DNA from: Verrucomicrobiaceae bacterium
GTDB taxonomy: Bacteria; Verrucomicrobiota; Verrucomicrobiia; Verrucomicrobiales; Akkermansiaceae
Reading direction: 5' to 3'
Assembly (NCBI GenBank): GCA_051252135.1
Contig: JBPOGH010000011.1
Coordinates: 96,500-160,499, forward strand
Length of the DNA: 64,000 nt
The position numbers and the translations under genes are program-made. Numbering within the stretch: position 1 is the first letter of the stretch; each line of letters begins with the position of its first letter. The notes beneath the pieces were generated by a model. The model did not search any database. It worked only from the letters and a program-made list of their open reading frames with translations, and was not told where the DNA came from. This document shows positions 21,172-31,099 of the stretch, one piece after another.

Positions 21172-21809
21172 ATCTCAAAAATTTAATCATCGGGCTCCTG
21201 CTCGCCACGACCGGCACACTATTCGCCGAGGAAACCCCGAATGCAAACGATACAGCCAAGCGCATCGTCATCTTGGGCGATAGCATCACCGCCGGCTACG
21301 GACTCGACCCCAAGCAAGCCTACCCCGCCCTTCTGCAGCAAAAGATCACCGCCGCCAACCTTCCCTATCTCGTCGCCAATGCCGGAGTCAGCGGCGACAC
21401 CACCGCCGGAGGCCTGCGCCGCGTCGCCTGGGCCATGGCCAAAGGAGCCGACGTCCTCGTCATCGCCCTCGGCGGAAACGATGGCCTCCGCGGCATCTCA
21501 CCCGACGAAACCAAAAAGAACCTCCTCGGCATCATCACCAAAGCCCGCACCAAAAACCCCAAAATCACCATCCTCCTCGCCGGCATGCAGATGCCCGATA
21601 ACATGGGCCCCCAATTCACCGCCCAATTCAAATCCCTCTTTCCCGAGGTCGCCACGGAAACCAAATCCACTCTCATCCCCTTCCTCCTCGAAAACGTCGG
21701 CGGCATCGAACACCTCAATCAATCCGACCGCATCCATCCCAATCCCGAGGGTCAGGCAAAAGTCGCCGAAAACGTCTGGAAGCTCCTGCAGCCCGCGATC
21801 ACTCCCTGA
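21159..21809 (+). CDS. tesA: SGNH arylesterase/thioesterase TesA
   Basis: GDSITAGYG, NAGVSGDTT, LGGNDGLRG, DRIHPN; divergent from the ybbAP-like pair. Confidence 0.9.
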   Translation: MGLTYLKNLIIGLLLATTGTLFAEETPNANDTAKRIVILGDSITAGYGLDPKQAYPALLQQKITAANLPYLVANAGVSGDTTAGGLRRVAWAMAKGADVLVIALGGNDGLRGISPDETKKNLLGIITKARTKNPKITILLAGMQMPDNMGPQFTAQFKSLFPEVATETKSTLIPFLLENVGGIEHLNQSDRIHPNPEGQAKVAENVWKLLQPAITP

Positions 21810-21880
21810 TCGACACGAAATGCACCTTTTCTCCCCCAAATCTGGAAAGCTTTCCTGATTTCCTCCGTTATCATCCCCTG

Positions 21881-23032
21881 ATGATCCGAACGGTCTTGAA
21901 ACTGGCAACGCTCTCCCTGGTTGCCTCCTTGCTCAGCCCCTCCGTCATGGCAGACACGGCCAAGACCTTCGTCCACCCCGGGATGCTCCACAGCAAGGCC
22001 GAGCTCGCCTTCATCAAGGACCAACTCGCCACCGACGCAGAGCCCTGGAAGTCCGCCTGGGATCAATTGCGCTCCGCAAACGCCGCCTCCCTCACCTACA
22101 CCCCCACCCCGACCGCCAATGTCGTGCGTGGCGTCCGCAACCGACCTGACATCGGCAGCTCGGACATGTCGAACGATGCCGCAGCCGCATACGCCCACGC
22201 CCTCCAATGGAGCCTCACCGGCAATCAGGCCCACGCCACCAAGACCATCGAAATCCTCAACGCCTGGTCCGGCACCTTGAAATCAGTCGGCGGCCACGAT
22301 GCCATGCTCCTCATCGGAATGGATGGCATCTCCTTCTGCAATGCCGCCGAGCTCATCCGCCACACCAGCGATCAATGGCCACAAGCCGACCAGAAACAAT
22401 TCGAGCGCATGCTCCGCGAGGTCTTCTATCCCACCATCAAAGACTTCCATCCCACCGCCAACGGAAATTGGGACGCCTCCATGATCCAGACCATGATCGC
22501 CATGGGCATCTTCCTCGACGACCCCGCCATGTTCGAGCAAGCCACCACCTACTTCCGCTCGGGAAAAGGAAACGGCGCCATCACCAAATATCTCAATCAC
22601 TTCGGAGAATGTCAGGAAAGCGGCCGCGACCAACTCCACACTCAAATGGGCCTCGGCTTCCTCAGCTGCGCCTGCGAAATGGCCTGGAAACAAGGAGTCG
22701 ACCTCTACGCCGCCGCCGACAACCGCCTCGCCCTCGGATTCGAATACACCGCCAAGTACAACCTCGGCCACGACGTCCCCTACGAGCCCTTCGAAAGCGT
22801 CGAAGGCCGCTACCACTACAAGAAAATCTCTCCCAGGTCCCGGGGCCGCTTCCGCCCCATCTTCGAGCGCACCCTCCACCACTATCAGGACCGCATGGGC
22901 CTCAAAATGCCCTACAGCCAAAAGGTCGCCGAAACCAAACGCCCCGAATCCCCCCACGGCCAACACATCTCCTGGGGCACCCTCATGTTCTACGGCCTCC
23001 CCCGTGACTTACACCCACCCAAGTCCAAGTAA
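21881..23032 (+). CDS. Secreted alginate-lyase-family (alpha/alpha toroid) protein
   Basis: Signal peptide; FVHPGMLH, ANGNWD, ECQESGRDQLH, GFEYTAKYN, WGTL. Confidence 0.8.
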   Translation: MIRTVLKLATLSLVASLLSPSVMADTAKTFVHPGMLHSKAELAFIKDQLATDAEPWKSAWDQLRSANAASLTYTPTPTANVVRGVRNRPDIGSSDMSNDAAAAYAHALQWSLTGNQAHATKTIEILNAWSGTLKSVGGHDAMLLIGMDGISFCNAAELIRHTSDQWPQADQKQFERMLREVFYPTIKDFHPTANGNWDASMIQTMIAMGIFLDDPAMFEQATTYFRSGKGNGAITKYLNHFGECQESGRDQLHTQMGLGFLSCACEMAWKQGVDLYAAADNRLALGFEYTAKYNLGHDVPYEPFESVEGRYHYKKISPRSRGRFRPIFERTLHHYQDRMGLKMPYSQKVAETKRPESPHGQHISWGTLMFYGLPRDLHPPKSK

Positions 23033-23068
23033 CACCTCTCTCGTTTCCATCGCAACATCCCAATCTCC

Positions 23069-25294
23069 ATGAGATTCAAGACCACTTTCGTCACCCTGCT
23101 GACCACCCTCCTTTCCGGCCTCCCGGCCCTCGCTCAATCTCCCGCCATCCTCGGAAAAGGCACCAACCTCTTCGAAGTCGGACCCCTCCTCGATAGCGAT
23201 AACTTCGACTCCCTCGAAAACTGGGTCGTCCAAATCCAACAGAACAAAAAAAGCCCCCCTCCCAAAGTCGTCGCAAAAGACAACACCCTCGATTGCTTCC
23301 TCCCCGGTCGCGGCGCCACCATCTGGTTCAAGCGGAAGCTCAACACCCGCGTCACCATCACCTACGATGTCCTCTGCCCCACCTCGCCGCAGGACGACAA
23401 AAACCTCCTCCCGCGCGACATCAACAATTTCTGGATGGCAAACGACCCCGATGGCGATCTCTTCGACTCCGAAAAATACACCGGCGACTTCTTCACCTAC
23501 GATCAAATGCACGGCTACTACGCCAGCACCGGAGGCGGAAAAAACACCACCACCCGCATGCGCCGCTACCCGCGTCAGGTCGATGGCAAGCCCGTCGCCC
23601 ACCCCGCCCTCATCTCCCGCGATGGCCAAAAGGAATTCCTCATCACTCCCGACAAACTCATACGGGTCCAACTCGTCGCTTACGATGACCTGATCCAATA
23701 CATCGTCGATGGTAAGCTCGTCTACGAAATGGCCCACGGCGACCCCATCTCGGTCGAAAGCAACGACGGCAAAAAGACCTCCATCGCATCAACCTACACC
23801 CCCGACCTCCACCCCACCTACCGCGAGGGCTACTTCGGCTTCCGCATGGTCGGCACCCACCACATCTACTCGAACTTCAAAATCCACACCCTCACCCCCG
23901 TCCGCCCCACCGTCACCGTCTCCTCCATTAAGGACCTCCGTGACGCCGTCGCCCGCAGTAACCAACGCATCATCATGACCCCGGGCACCTACACCCTTCC
24001 CGAAATGATCGACGGACGAACCGGCGTCGAATTCTCAGGCTCAAATAACGACATCGATCTCACCGACGTCACCATCCACACCCCCATCAGTCTCTTGAGC
24101 GGCGAAGATCCGGAGCGCGACGACCGACGCCGCAGACGACGCAGCCGCCGGGGCATGAACGTCTACTACGTCTCGGGCGACCACGTCACCATCACCGGCG
24201 GCACCTTCGATAACCCCCACCCCCTGCACAACGGCACCCCCATCGATTTCGGCAGCTACAACCAGAACCCCGCCAACTACCCCCGCCGCGCCATGAGCGA
24301 GATCCGCCTCGAGGGCGACCACCTCCGCCTCAGCAATTGCCACCTCACCGTGCGCGGCTCCTCCCCCTACGGCTACGGAAACATCTACGGCATCGGGGGC
24401 GACGCCGTCATCTCCCTCCACAAACATTCCGGCATTCTCATGACCGGCGACCACATCACTCTCGATGCCTGCACCGTCAAAATGGAAGCCTTCGGCCACG
24501 CCATCTTCGTCCAGGGCGGCGATCAAATCACCGTCCGAAACTGCGAGGTCATCGGCCAAGTCCGCCCCAGCAACGACCTCTACAAAGAATCCCACCCCAA
24601 GGACCTCGCCAAAAAATTCGACTACAAAATGCAGTGGCCCGAAACCGTCCACGGCATCCCCATCCCCCGGGACCACATGGTCAATCTCTGCGAGGATGGC
24701 ATCCGCGCCTACAGCGGAACCGGCCACATGACCGTCGAGAATTGCAAGGTCACCAAAGCACGCGGAGGCATCAAACTCTACATGGCAAAGAGCGCCACCG
24801 TCTCGGACTGCGAAGTCCGGGACTGCGTCATCCAGGGCTACTCCCTCCCCAGCCGCGGAACCATCACCCGCTCCATCGGAAACGCCGCCTACGGCCCCCT
24901 CCTCTACATCCACGCGGATTCCCACCACTCCCAAAAGGTCGACCTCGAAGTCCTCCCCGCCCCCCACGCCCTCGGCGACCACCCCCTCGCCGCGCTCAAG
25001 GGAAAAAACAACCACATCACCTTCACCGCCAAAGCCCCCCTCGCTCCCCGCCCCATCATCATCGGCTACCCCCTCCGCTTCGACTACCTCACCGCCGACT
25101 ACCCCAAGGTCCCAAAAGACTTCGAAGCACACTTCGCTAAATTCGCCCCCGATTCCTACCACGCCGAGGACATCACCCTCCTCAACCACACCACCGCCCC
25201 CGTCGTCCTCAGCAAACTCTCCCAAGACAATACCATCTCCAGTCAGGGAGAAGTCCGCGACCTCGGCACCGACAACACCGTGCGCAAAGAGTAG
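23069..25294 (+). CDS. Secreted DUF6250/YesU-like domain fused to a right-handed beta-helix
   Basis: GATIWF, DINNFWMA, GGGKNTTTRMRRY, GYFGFR in the N-terminal domain; repeated beta-helix turns (FGHAIFVQGG, EDGIRAY) in the C-terminal part. Confidence 0.7.
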   Translation: MRFKTTFVTLLTTLLSGLPALAQSPAILGKGTNLFEVGPLLDSDNFDSLENWVVQIQQNKKSPPPKVVAKDNTLDCFLPGRGATIWFKRKLNTRVTITYDVLCPTSPQDDKNLLPRDINNFWMANDPDGDLFDSEKYTGDFFTYDQMHGYYASTGGGKNTTTRMRRYPRQVDGKPVAHPALISRDGQKEFLITPDKLIRVQLVAYDDLIQYIVDGKLVYEMAHGDPISVESNDGKKTSIASTYTPDLHPTYREGYFGFRMVGTHHIYSNFKIHTLTPVRPTVTVSSIKDLRDAVARSNQRIIMTPGTYTLPEMIDGRTGVEFSGSNNDIDLTDVTIHTPISLLSGEDPERDDRRRRRRSRRGMNVYYVSGDHVTITGGTFDNPHPLHNGTPIDFGSYNQNPANYPRRAMSEIRLEGDHLRLSNCHLTVRGSSPYGYGNIYGIGGDAVISLHKHSGILMTGDHITLDACTVKMEAFGHAIFVQGGDQITVRNCEVIGQVRPSNDLYKESHPKDLAKKFDYKMQWPETVHGIPIPRDHMVNLCEDGIRAYSGTGHMTVENCKVTKARGGIKLYMAKSATVSDCEVRDCVIQGYSLPSRGTITRSIGNAAYGPLLYIHADSHHSQKVDLEVLPAPHALGDHPLAALKGKNNHITFTAKAPLAPRPIIIGYPLRFDYLTADYPKVPKDFEAHFAKFAPDSYHAEDITLLNHTTAPVVLSKLSQDNTISSQGEVRDLGTDNTVRKE

Positions 25295-25296
25295 GA

Positions 25297-25596
25297 TCAA
25301 TCCCCCTTCTCGATCCCCAGCTCCTTCAGAAGCATCCCGTCGAGATCATCCTCGCTCGGCTTAATGCACTCCGCTTTTCCCAACTTCACGATCTGTAACT
25401 TCTTCTCCGTCTCCCCGATCGCGAGAAAAATATCTCCCCTCACCGGAAGCCCCCCGTAACGCGTCGCAAACACCTTCCCAAAAAACCGTCCGTCCCCCCC
25501 TTCACTCGTCATCATCTCCCCCGACTCCGAAGTAAACCCGACAAACTTCCCCCCAATCGCCCCATCAACATAATCCCGAATTTCCTGAGTAGTCAT
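25297..25596 (-). CDS. Small hypothetical protein
   Basis: 99 aa; globular composition with G-ending codons typical of - strand genes here. Confidence 0.65.
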   Translation of the reverse strand: MTTQEIRDYVDGAIGGKFVGFTSESGEMMTSEGGDGRFFGKVFATRYGGLPVRGDIFLAIGETEKKLQIVKLGKAECIKPSEDDLDGMLLKELGIEKGD

Positions 25597-25661
25597 AACC
25601 GATTCTTTCCCCACCCTGACCGCCTCCTAAGTTCAACGCAACCCCGATTGAGCTCGGAATA

Positions 25662-26132
25662 TCACTCTCCCTCCCCATCCTCCTTCTTCCCCAACCCCTG
25701 AATAAATTTGCGCAACACCTGCTCGGGACACTTCGCAAAATTCCGCTGCCCCTTCTTCCGGAAAAACGATCCCAGCTCCGCCTTCGTCACCACAAATTCT
25801 TCGCGCTGAAACACCTCGATCATGTCCTCATCCCGCAGCGTCAACGCGATCCGCAACTTCTTCAGGATTTCGTTATTCGAGAGATGCTCCACCGGCTCCG
25901 GCACCACCCCATCCGGACGCGGCCCCCGCTTCTCAATAATGAGCCCGTCCAAAAACCGACACAACATCGCTTCCGGGAGCGCCTCATACTCCGCATGGTC
26001 CTCACGCCTCATCCACGCCCCCACTTGATCCAAACTCAGATCAGCCACACAGTGCCGAAAAATCTTCGCCATCTGCACATCATTGATGTCCAGGGCATAC
26101 CGAAGCCGACGCAGAATATCGTTATTCGTCAT
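25662..26132 (-). CDS. DUF1456 (YehS) family protein
   Basis: MTNNDILRRLRYAL, FLDGLIIEKRG, NNEILKKLRIAL, SFFRKKG; internal two-fold repeat. Confidence 0.9.
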   Translation of the reverse strand: MTNNDILRRLRYALDINDVQMAKIFRHCVADLSLDQVGAWMRREDHAEYEALPEAMLCRFLDGLIIEKRGPRPDGVVPEPVEHLSNNEILKKLRIALTLRDEDMIEVFQREEFVVTKAELGSFFRKKGQRNFAKCPEQVLRKFIQGLGKKEDGEGE

Positions 26133-26175
26133 AAGTCTCTTACAAATCACTCCAACGCAGGAGATCCACAGGAAA

Positions 26176-26436
26176 TCACTTATCTCCCGACTGCCGCATC
26201 GCCCCGGATCCACCATGCCGTGACGCACTCGAAACCCCACCGGATCGACTCCCGCCCTGACGCTTCGCCCCTTCCTCACAGACCTCGACATCCCCCGCCT
26301 CCACCAGCTTCACCACCGCCGCACTCTCCGCCGCCTTCCGCGTAATTTGCCCGGATTTCCCCAGGCTCAGGAAGAGCTTCTTCCCCCCGGGAAGAGGAAC
26401 ACTCAGCGGCTTTTTTGTTTTGTTCGTGATTTCCAT
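26176..26436 (-). CDS. Small hypothetical protein
   Basis: MEITNKTKKPLSVPLPGGKKLFL.. with a G/S/R-rich tail. Confidence 0.65.
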   Translation of the reverse strand: MEITNKTKKPLSVPLPGGKKLFLSLGKSGQITRKAAESAAVVKLVEAGDVEVCEEGAKRQGGSRSGGVSSASRHGGSGAMRQSGDK

Positions 26437-26595
26437 AATGTCGAAGGACGCGCCAGAGTAACAGGGAACGCCCCCTAACCCATCAATTTGTAAATGCAGG
26501 CGCAATCAATGGAGTAGCCCTGCGAAAAACCCGTATCCGGAATCGTTGACATCATTGAACTCCAAAACCCTAAAACCGAAGCCGTCGCGAATCAT

Positions 26596-26634
26596 AAAAA
26601 AAGGGCGAAGCTCCCACAGAGCCCCACCCTTTTT
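26596..26634 (-). terminator. Intrinsic terminator downstream of the rhodanese gene
   Basis: On the - strand GGGUGGGGCUC-UGUGG-GAGCUUCGCCC pairs fully with G-U pairs, followed by a U-run. Confidence 0.8.
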
Positions 26635-26667
26635 GTTCTTTCTGGTGATTTGAAAATATTGGGGATT

Positions 26668-27084
26668 CTAGCTCTTCTTGGCCTTTTTCACCTTTTCGGT
26701 CTTCTCTCCGGCCTGAAGCCATCCGGAGATCCCGGCGGAAAGATGTTTGATGTTTTTGAATCCAAGAGCTTTGGCTTGGGCCGCGCCCTTCTTGTAGGCA
26801 CCACATGATGGGCCGCCGCAATAGGCTACTACCAGCGTATCCTTGTCTTTCCCTTCGAGAATGGTTTCAAGCTTCTTACCCTGCGCAGCGAAATCGATCG
26901 CAGTCGGCACATGTCCATTGGTGTAGGACTTGGTGCCGTTGACATCGAGAACGATGACGTTCTTTTCCTGGATCGCTTTCTTCAGATCCTTGATGCTGAT
27001 ATCCGGGTAGCTTTCAGCGTGGACGCTGGAAATAGCGGCGAACATACAGGCCGCAATGGCGATCATTTTCTTCAGTGTTTTCAT
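26668..27084 (-). CDS. Exported single-domain rhodanese
   Basis: Signal peptide (..SVHA), VLDVN, GHVPTAI, active loop YCGGPSC, LSAGISGW. Confidence 0.9.
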   Translation of the reverse strand: MKTLKKMIAIAACMFAAISSVHAESYPDISIKDLKKAIQEKNVIVLDVNGTKSYTNGHVPTAIDFAAQGKKLETILEGKDKDTLVVAYCGGPSCGAYKKGAAQAKALGFKNIKHLSAGISGWLQAGEKTEKVKKAKKS

Positions 27085-27175
27085 TATTTTAAACGGTTAA
27101 TTCTTCTTATCTGATTTTCAGGAAACATCCCGACCTGCCTTTGGTTGACAGAGTCATGCGCCTCCAGAGGAATGA

Positions 27176-27200
27176 AACGAACCAATCGCGACTTTGATCC
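27176..27200 (-). promoter_or_regulatory. Putative ECF promoter for the rhodanese gene (GGATCAAA-N13-CGTT)
   Basis: The - strand reads GGATCAAA gtcgcgattggtt CGTT; same boxes and spacing as 27269-27293. Confidence 0.7.
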
Positions 27201-27268
27201 TGCAATCGTGCTATTTTTATTTTTTCACTCCGACTTCTTACTTTTTTCCACAAATCTGAAAAATCGGC

Positions 27269-27293
27269 GGATCAAAATTGCTCCTGAAGCGTT
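27269..27293 (+). promoter_or_regulatory. Putative autoregulatory ECF promoter (GGATCAAA-N13-CGTT)
   Basis: GGATCAAA attgctcctgaag CGTT, 35 nt before the ECF start codon. Confidence 0.7.
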
Positions 27294-27328
27294 AGTAAAA
27301 TAGTGCATACGCAAACTAGTCCCGAGAA

Positions 27329-27835
27329 ATGACTCCCGAATCCCCTTCTTCGGTCGAAGAAGAATACGTCCATCACGGATTCAGATTTGCTCTGTCTCTC
27401 GCCAACGACCGGCACGAAGCCGAGGACTTGGTCCAGCAAGCCTGCCTCCAGGTCATTGCTAAAAAGGGCCGCATCTCCTCTCGCAGCTATTTACTCACGG
27501 CAATTCGTAATTTGTTCTATGACAAAGTCCGCCGCAAAAAGTTGATCAATTTCGAATCACTCACCGGCATGGAAAGTTCGATCCCCGCCATCTCTCGTAC
27601 TCAACTCGGCGTAAAGCTCGATCTCGAGGCCAGCCTGAACCGCCTGAGCGCCGAAGAACGTGAGGTGATTTTTCTCAATTGTGTCGAAGGATACTCCGCT
27701 GCCGAAATGGCCCCAATGTTGGACAAACCGCGCAGCACCATCTTGAACATTCTCTCCCGGGCCAAAGCCAATCTCCTTGCCAGGGAGGGGATGGAAGCAC
27801 CGAACGATTTGCGGAAAGGAGCGGCCCATGAATAA
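27329..27835 (+). CDS. ECF-subfamily sigma-70 factor
   Basis: EAEDLVQQA, YLLTAIRNLFYD (region 2); LSAEEREVIFL..EGYSAAEMA..STI..LSRAK (region 4). Confidence 0.92.
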   Translation: MTPESPSSVEEEYVHHGFRFALSLANDRHEAEDLVQQACLQVIAKKGRISSRSYLLTAIRNLFYDKVRRKKLINFESLTGMESSIPAISRTQLGVKLDLEASLNRLSAEEREVIFLNCVEGYSAAEMAPMLDKPRSTILNILSRAKANLLAREGMEAPNDLRKGAAHE

Positions 27836-28397
27836 CGAGCATCTCAATCGTCTTCTCAAAGAGCACTACAACACTCGCAAGATGCCCAATTCACAGGCTC
27901 GAAAGATTCTCGCCGAATGTGAGATCGCACGTACTGCCTATCGATGGCGCGTTCGGGCCATCGGAGCGTTTTCCCTTGCTGCGACTGCTCTGCTCGCCTT
28001 GGCCATCACTCTTTACGGAAACCACGCGAGCGATCCTTCCGTTGAGAGTCTCGCCCAAAGCCCACCTGATCCGGTCAACACGCATCAAAAACTGGTCGCG
28101 ATTATGATTCATGCCACCAACTGCCCCAACTCCCAGGCGATGGCACCGGTCTTTGCTGAACTTCAGGAAGAATTCGTGGATGAGTCCGTGCTCTTCATCA
28201 AATTCGATTATAGCTCGGACTGCGCAAAGCATCAGGCCGAATTACTCAGCAAGGACCTCGGACTTGGACTCATCTTTGAAGATTACAAGCGAACCGGCGA
28301 CATCATCCTGGTCTCCTCCCGGGGAGAAGTTCGCGGCGTCATGAACCGGGGCGTCACCATCGCTTCGGCGACCACTACTCTTCGCGCAAATCTTTAG
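27828..28397 (+). CDS. Putative single-TM anti-sigma factor with an extracytoplasmic thioredoxin-like domain (CxxS)
   Basis: ATG overlaps the ECF stop region with AAAGGAG upstream; short N-terminal domain, one TM, then IHATNCPNSQAMAP..VLFIKFD..TG. Confidence 0.75.
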   Translation: MNNEHLNRLLKEHYNTRKMPNSQARKILAECEIARTAYRWRVRAIGAFSLAATALLALAITLYGNHASDPSVESLAQSPPDPVNTHQKLVAIMIHATNCPNSQAMAPVFAELQEEFVDESVLFIKFDYSSDCAKHQAELLSKDLGLGLIFEDYKRTGDIILVSSRGEVRGVMNRGVTIASATTTLRANL

Positions 28398-28522
28398 CTC
28401 ACCCTCGACCAGCTTCCGAAGGGAGATATTTGAGAACGCAGCCGGAATCACCACTCATCCCATTTCTCCCGCAATCTCATTCCCATCCCCCTCCCTGAGC
28501 CATAGCCTGCGCATGCCGCTCC

Positions 28523-31054
28523 ATGCCTGACCCCGCCTCACTCCCCATCTGGAAGATCCACGCTGATATCCTCCGCACCCTGGAATCAGGCAACCGCCTC
28601 GTCCTCGTCGCCCCCACCGGCTCGGGCAAAACCACCCAGGTCCCGCAGATGCTTCTCGATGCCGGAGTTGCCGCGGACAAAATGATCGTCGTCCTCCAAC
28701 CCCGCCGCGTCGCCGCCCGCACCGTCGCCACCCGCGTCGCCTCGGAGCGAAAAGGCAAACTCGGAGCCGAGGTCGGCTACCAAATCCGATTCGACGACTC
28801 CACCAGCGCCGACACCCGCATCGCCTTCGTCACCGAAGGCATCCTCCTCCGCTGGCTCCAGGACGACCGCTCCCTCGCCAAAGTCGGAGCCGTCGTCTTC
28901 GATGAATTCCACGAGCGCAACCTCCTCAGCGATGTCGCCCTCGCTCTGGTCAAAAATCTCCAGCAATCCCAGCGCCCCGATCTGGCCATCCTCGTGATGT
29001 CCGCCACCCTCGATGCCGAGCCCATTGCCGAATACCTCGCTCCCTGCCCCACCCTCGTTTCCGAAGGACAAAGCTTCCCCGTCGAGGTCAACTACCTCCC
29101 CCTCCCCGATCAACGACAGTTCACTTTTCAGGCCGCTGATGCCGTCGAGCAAATCATCAACCATGGCGACCCCGGAGACATCCTCGTCTTCATGCCCGGG
29201 CGTGGCGAAATCAACGGCACCCTCGACGCCCTTCGCGGCCTCAGAACCGCAGAAGAAGTCGCCTGCATCCCCCTCCACGGCGCCCTCGAACCCAAAGAAC
29301 AGGACCGCGCCTTCGCCCCCAACGCACTCCGAAAAGTCATCGTCGCCACCAACGTCGCCGAGACCAGCATCACCATCGATGGCATCCGCCACGTCGTCGA
29401 TAGCGGAGTCGCCCGCATCGCCCGTTACGATGCCGAACGCGGCATCGGCACCCTCCAACTCGAGCCCATCAGCCAAGCGAGCGCCGACCAACGCAAAGGC
29501 CGCGCCGGACGCACCGCCACCGGCACCTGCCATCGCCTCTGGACCGCGGTCGGACATTCCAGCCGCGATGAACGCAACACCCCCGAGATTCAGCGCAGCG
29601 ATCTCGCCGAGGTCGTCCTCCTCCTCCACTCACTCGGCATCCGGGAAGCCACCACCTTCGACTGGCTCGACAAACCCGACACCCAGGCCGTCGAGCGCGC
29701 CGAACGCCTCCTCACCATGCTCGGCGCTCTCGTCGATGCCGAACTCACCGACATCGGCCAACAAATGCTCCGCCTCCCCATGCACCCGCGCTACTCGCGC
29801 ATGCTCATCGAGGCCAGCCAGCGCCACTGCGTCCCCGATGCCGCCCTCTGCGCCGCCCTCGTCAGCGGCCGCGACCTCCTCGCCCGCCATCAGGATCAGG
29901 CCAGCCGCGAAATGTTCGAGGAGAGCGATGACTCCGATTTCATCACCCTCCTGCGCGCCTTCGACTTCGCCAAATCGACCCGCTTCAGCTTCGACCGCTG
30001 CCGCACCCACGGCATCAACGCCCAGGTAGCCCGTCAAGTCGACGAGACCTACAAACAAATCCTCCACACCGCCCACCAACAACGCCTCTACGATCGCGAC
30101 ACAAAAACCGCGCCCTCAAAAAACGACGAAGACCTCCTCCGCTGCCTCATGGCCGGCTTCGTCGATCAACTCGCCAAACGCCGCGCCCCCGGAAACGACA
30201 CCTGCGACCTCACCGAACAACGGGAAGGAAAACTCGTCCGCGAAAGCGTCGTACAAGGTTCTCCGTACTTCGTCGCCGCCAACCTCCATCAGGTCCCCAC
30301 CCGTGGCCCAATCCCACTCACCCTCCTCAGCCTCGCCACCGCCGTGAAGCCCGAGTGGATCGCTGAAATGTTTCCCCAGCATCTCACCACCACCGTCGAG
30401 CACCTCTTCGATGCCAAAAACAAACGCGTCGCCGCCATGAAGCTCGTCCGCTTCCACGATCTCGTCATCGAGCAAAAGGCGCAGCAAAACGATCTCGATC
30501 CCGTCGATAGCGGCCGCTGCCTCGCCGAAGCCCAGCGCAACGGCGCCTTCCCCCTCCCGCTCATGGATCACCGCGTGAAGCAATTCATCGCCCGCGTCGA
30601 CCTCCTCCACGCCACCATGCCCGAGCTCGAGTTCGTCCCCTTCGATGACGCCGCCATCACCGCCTGCCTCGCCCGCGCTTTCAAAGGCCTCACCCTCGTC
30701 AAAGACGCCCAGGCCGCCCCCCTCCTCAACGCCTTCCACCGCCATTTGGAGGACGGCCAGGTCAGCTGGCTCAACGAACTCCTCCCGGCCTCCATGCCTT
30801 GGCTCGATAAAGGCACCACCAAACTCACCTACACCGACGGCACCCCCGAAGCCCAAGTCAAAATCCAGGAATGCTGGGCCCTCGAAGAACACCCCACCAT
30901 CTGCGAAGGCCAACTCCCCGTCCTCCTCAAGCTCTGCGATCCCAACGGCAAAAAAATCGCCACCACCACCGACTGGCCCCGCTTCCTCCTCCGCGAATGG
31001 CGCAAGCACCGCCCCCTCCTCCAGAGAAAATTCCCCGGCCACGTCTGGCGATAG
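28523..31054 (+). CDS. hrpB: DEAH-box ATP-dependent helicase HrpB-like
   Basis: APTGSGKTT, QPRRVAAR, DEFHER, MSAT, ATNVAETSITI, QRKGRAGR. Confidence 0.88.
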   Translation: MPDPASLPIWKIHADILRTLESGNRLVLVAPTGSGKTTQVPQMLLDAGVAADKMIVVLQPRRVAARTVATRVASERKGKLGAEVGYQIRFDDSTSADTRIAFVTEGILLRWLQDDRSLAKVGAVVFDEFHERNLLSDVALALVKNLQQSQRPDLAILVMSATLDAEPIAEYLAPCPTLVSEGQSFPVEVNYLPLPDQRQFTFQAADAVEQIINHGDPGDILVFMPGRGEINGTLDALRGLRTAEEVACIPLHGALEPKEQDRAFAPNALRKVIVATNVAETSITIDGIRHVVDSGVARIARYDAERGIGTLQLEPISQASADQRKGRAGRTATGTCHRLWTAVGHSSRDERNTPEIQRSDLAEVVLLLHSLGIREATTFDWLDKPDTQAVERAERLLTMLGALVDAELTDIGQQMLRLPMHPRYSRMLIEASQRHCVPDAALCAALVSGRDLLARHQDQASREMFEESDDSDFITLLRAFDFAKSTRFSFDRCRTHGINAQVARQVDETYKQILHTAHQQRLYDRDTKTAPSKNDEDLLRCLMAGFVDQLAKRRAPGNDTCDLTEQREGKLVRESVVQGSPYFVAANLHQVPTRGPIPLTLLSLATAVKPEWIAEMFPQHLTTTVEHLFDAKNKRVAAMKLVRFHDLVIEQKAQQNDLDPVDSGRCLAEAQRNGAFPLPLMDHRVKQFIARVDLLHATMPELEFVPFDDAAITACLARAFKGLTLVKDAQAAPLLNAFHRHLEDGQVSWLNELLPASMPWLDKGTTKLTYTDGTPEAQVKIQECWALEEHPTICEGQLPVLLKLCDPNGKKIATTTDWPRFLLREWRKHRPLLQRKFPGHVWR

Positions 31055-31099
31055 CACCAATCGACGATCAAAACACCATCGTCTCCACGTATTCAAAAA

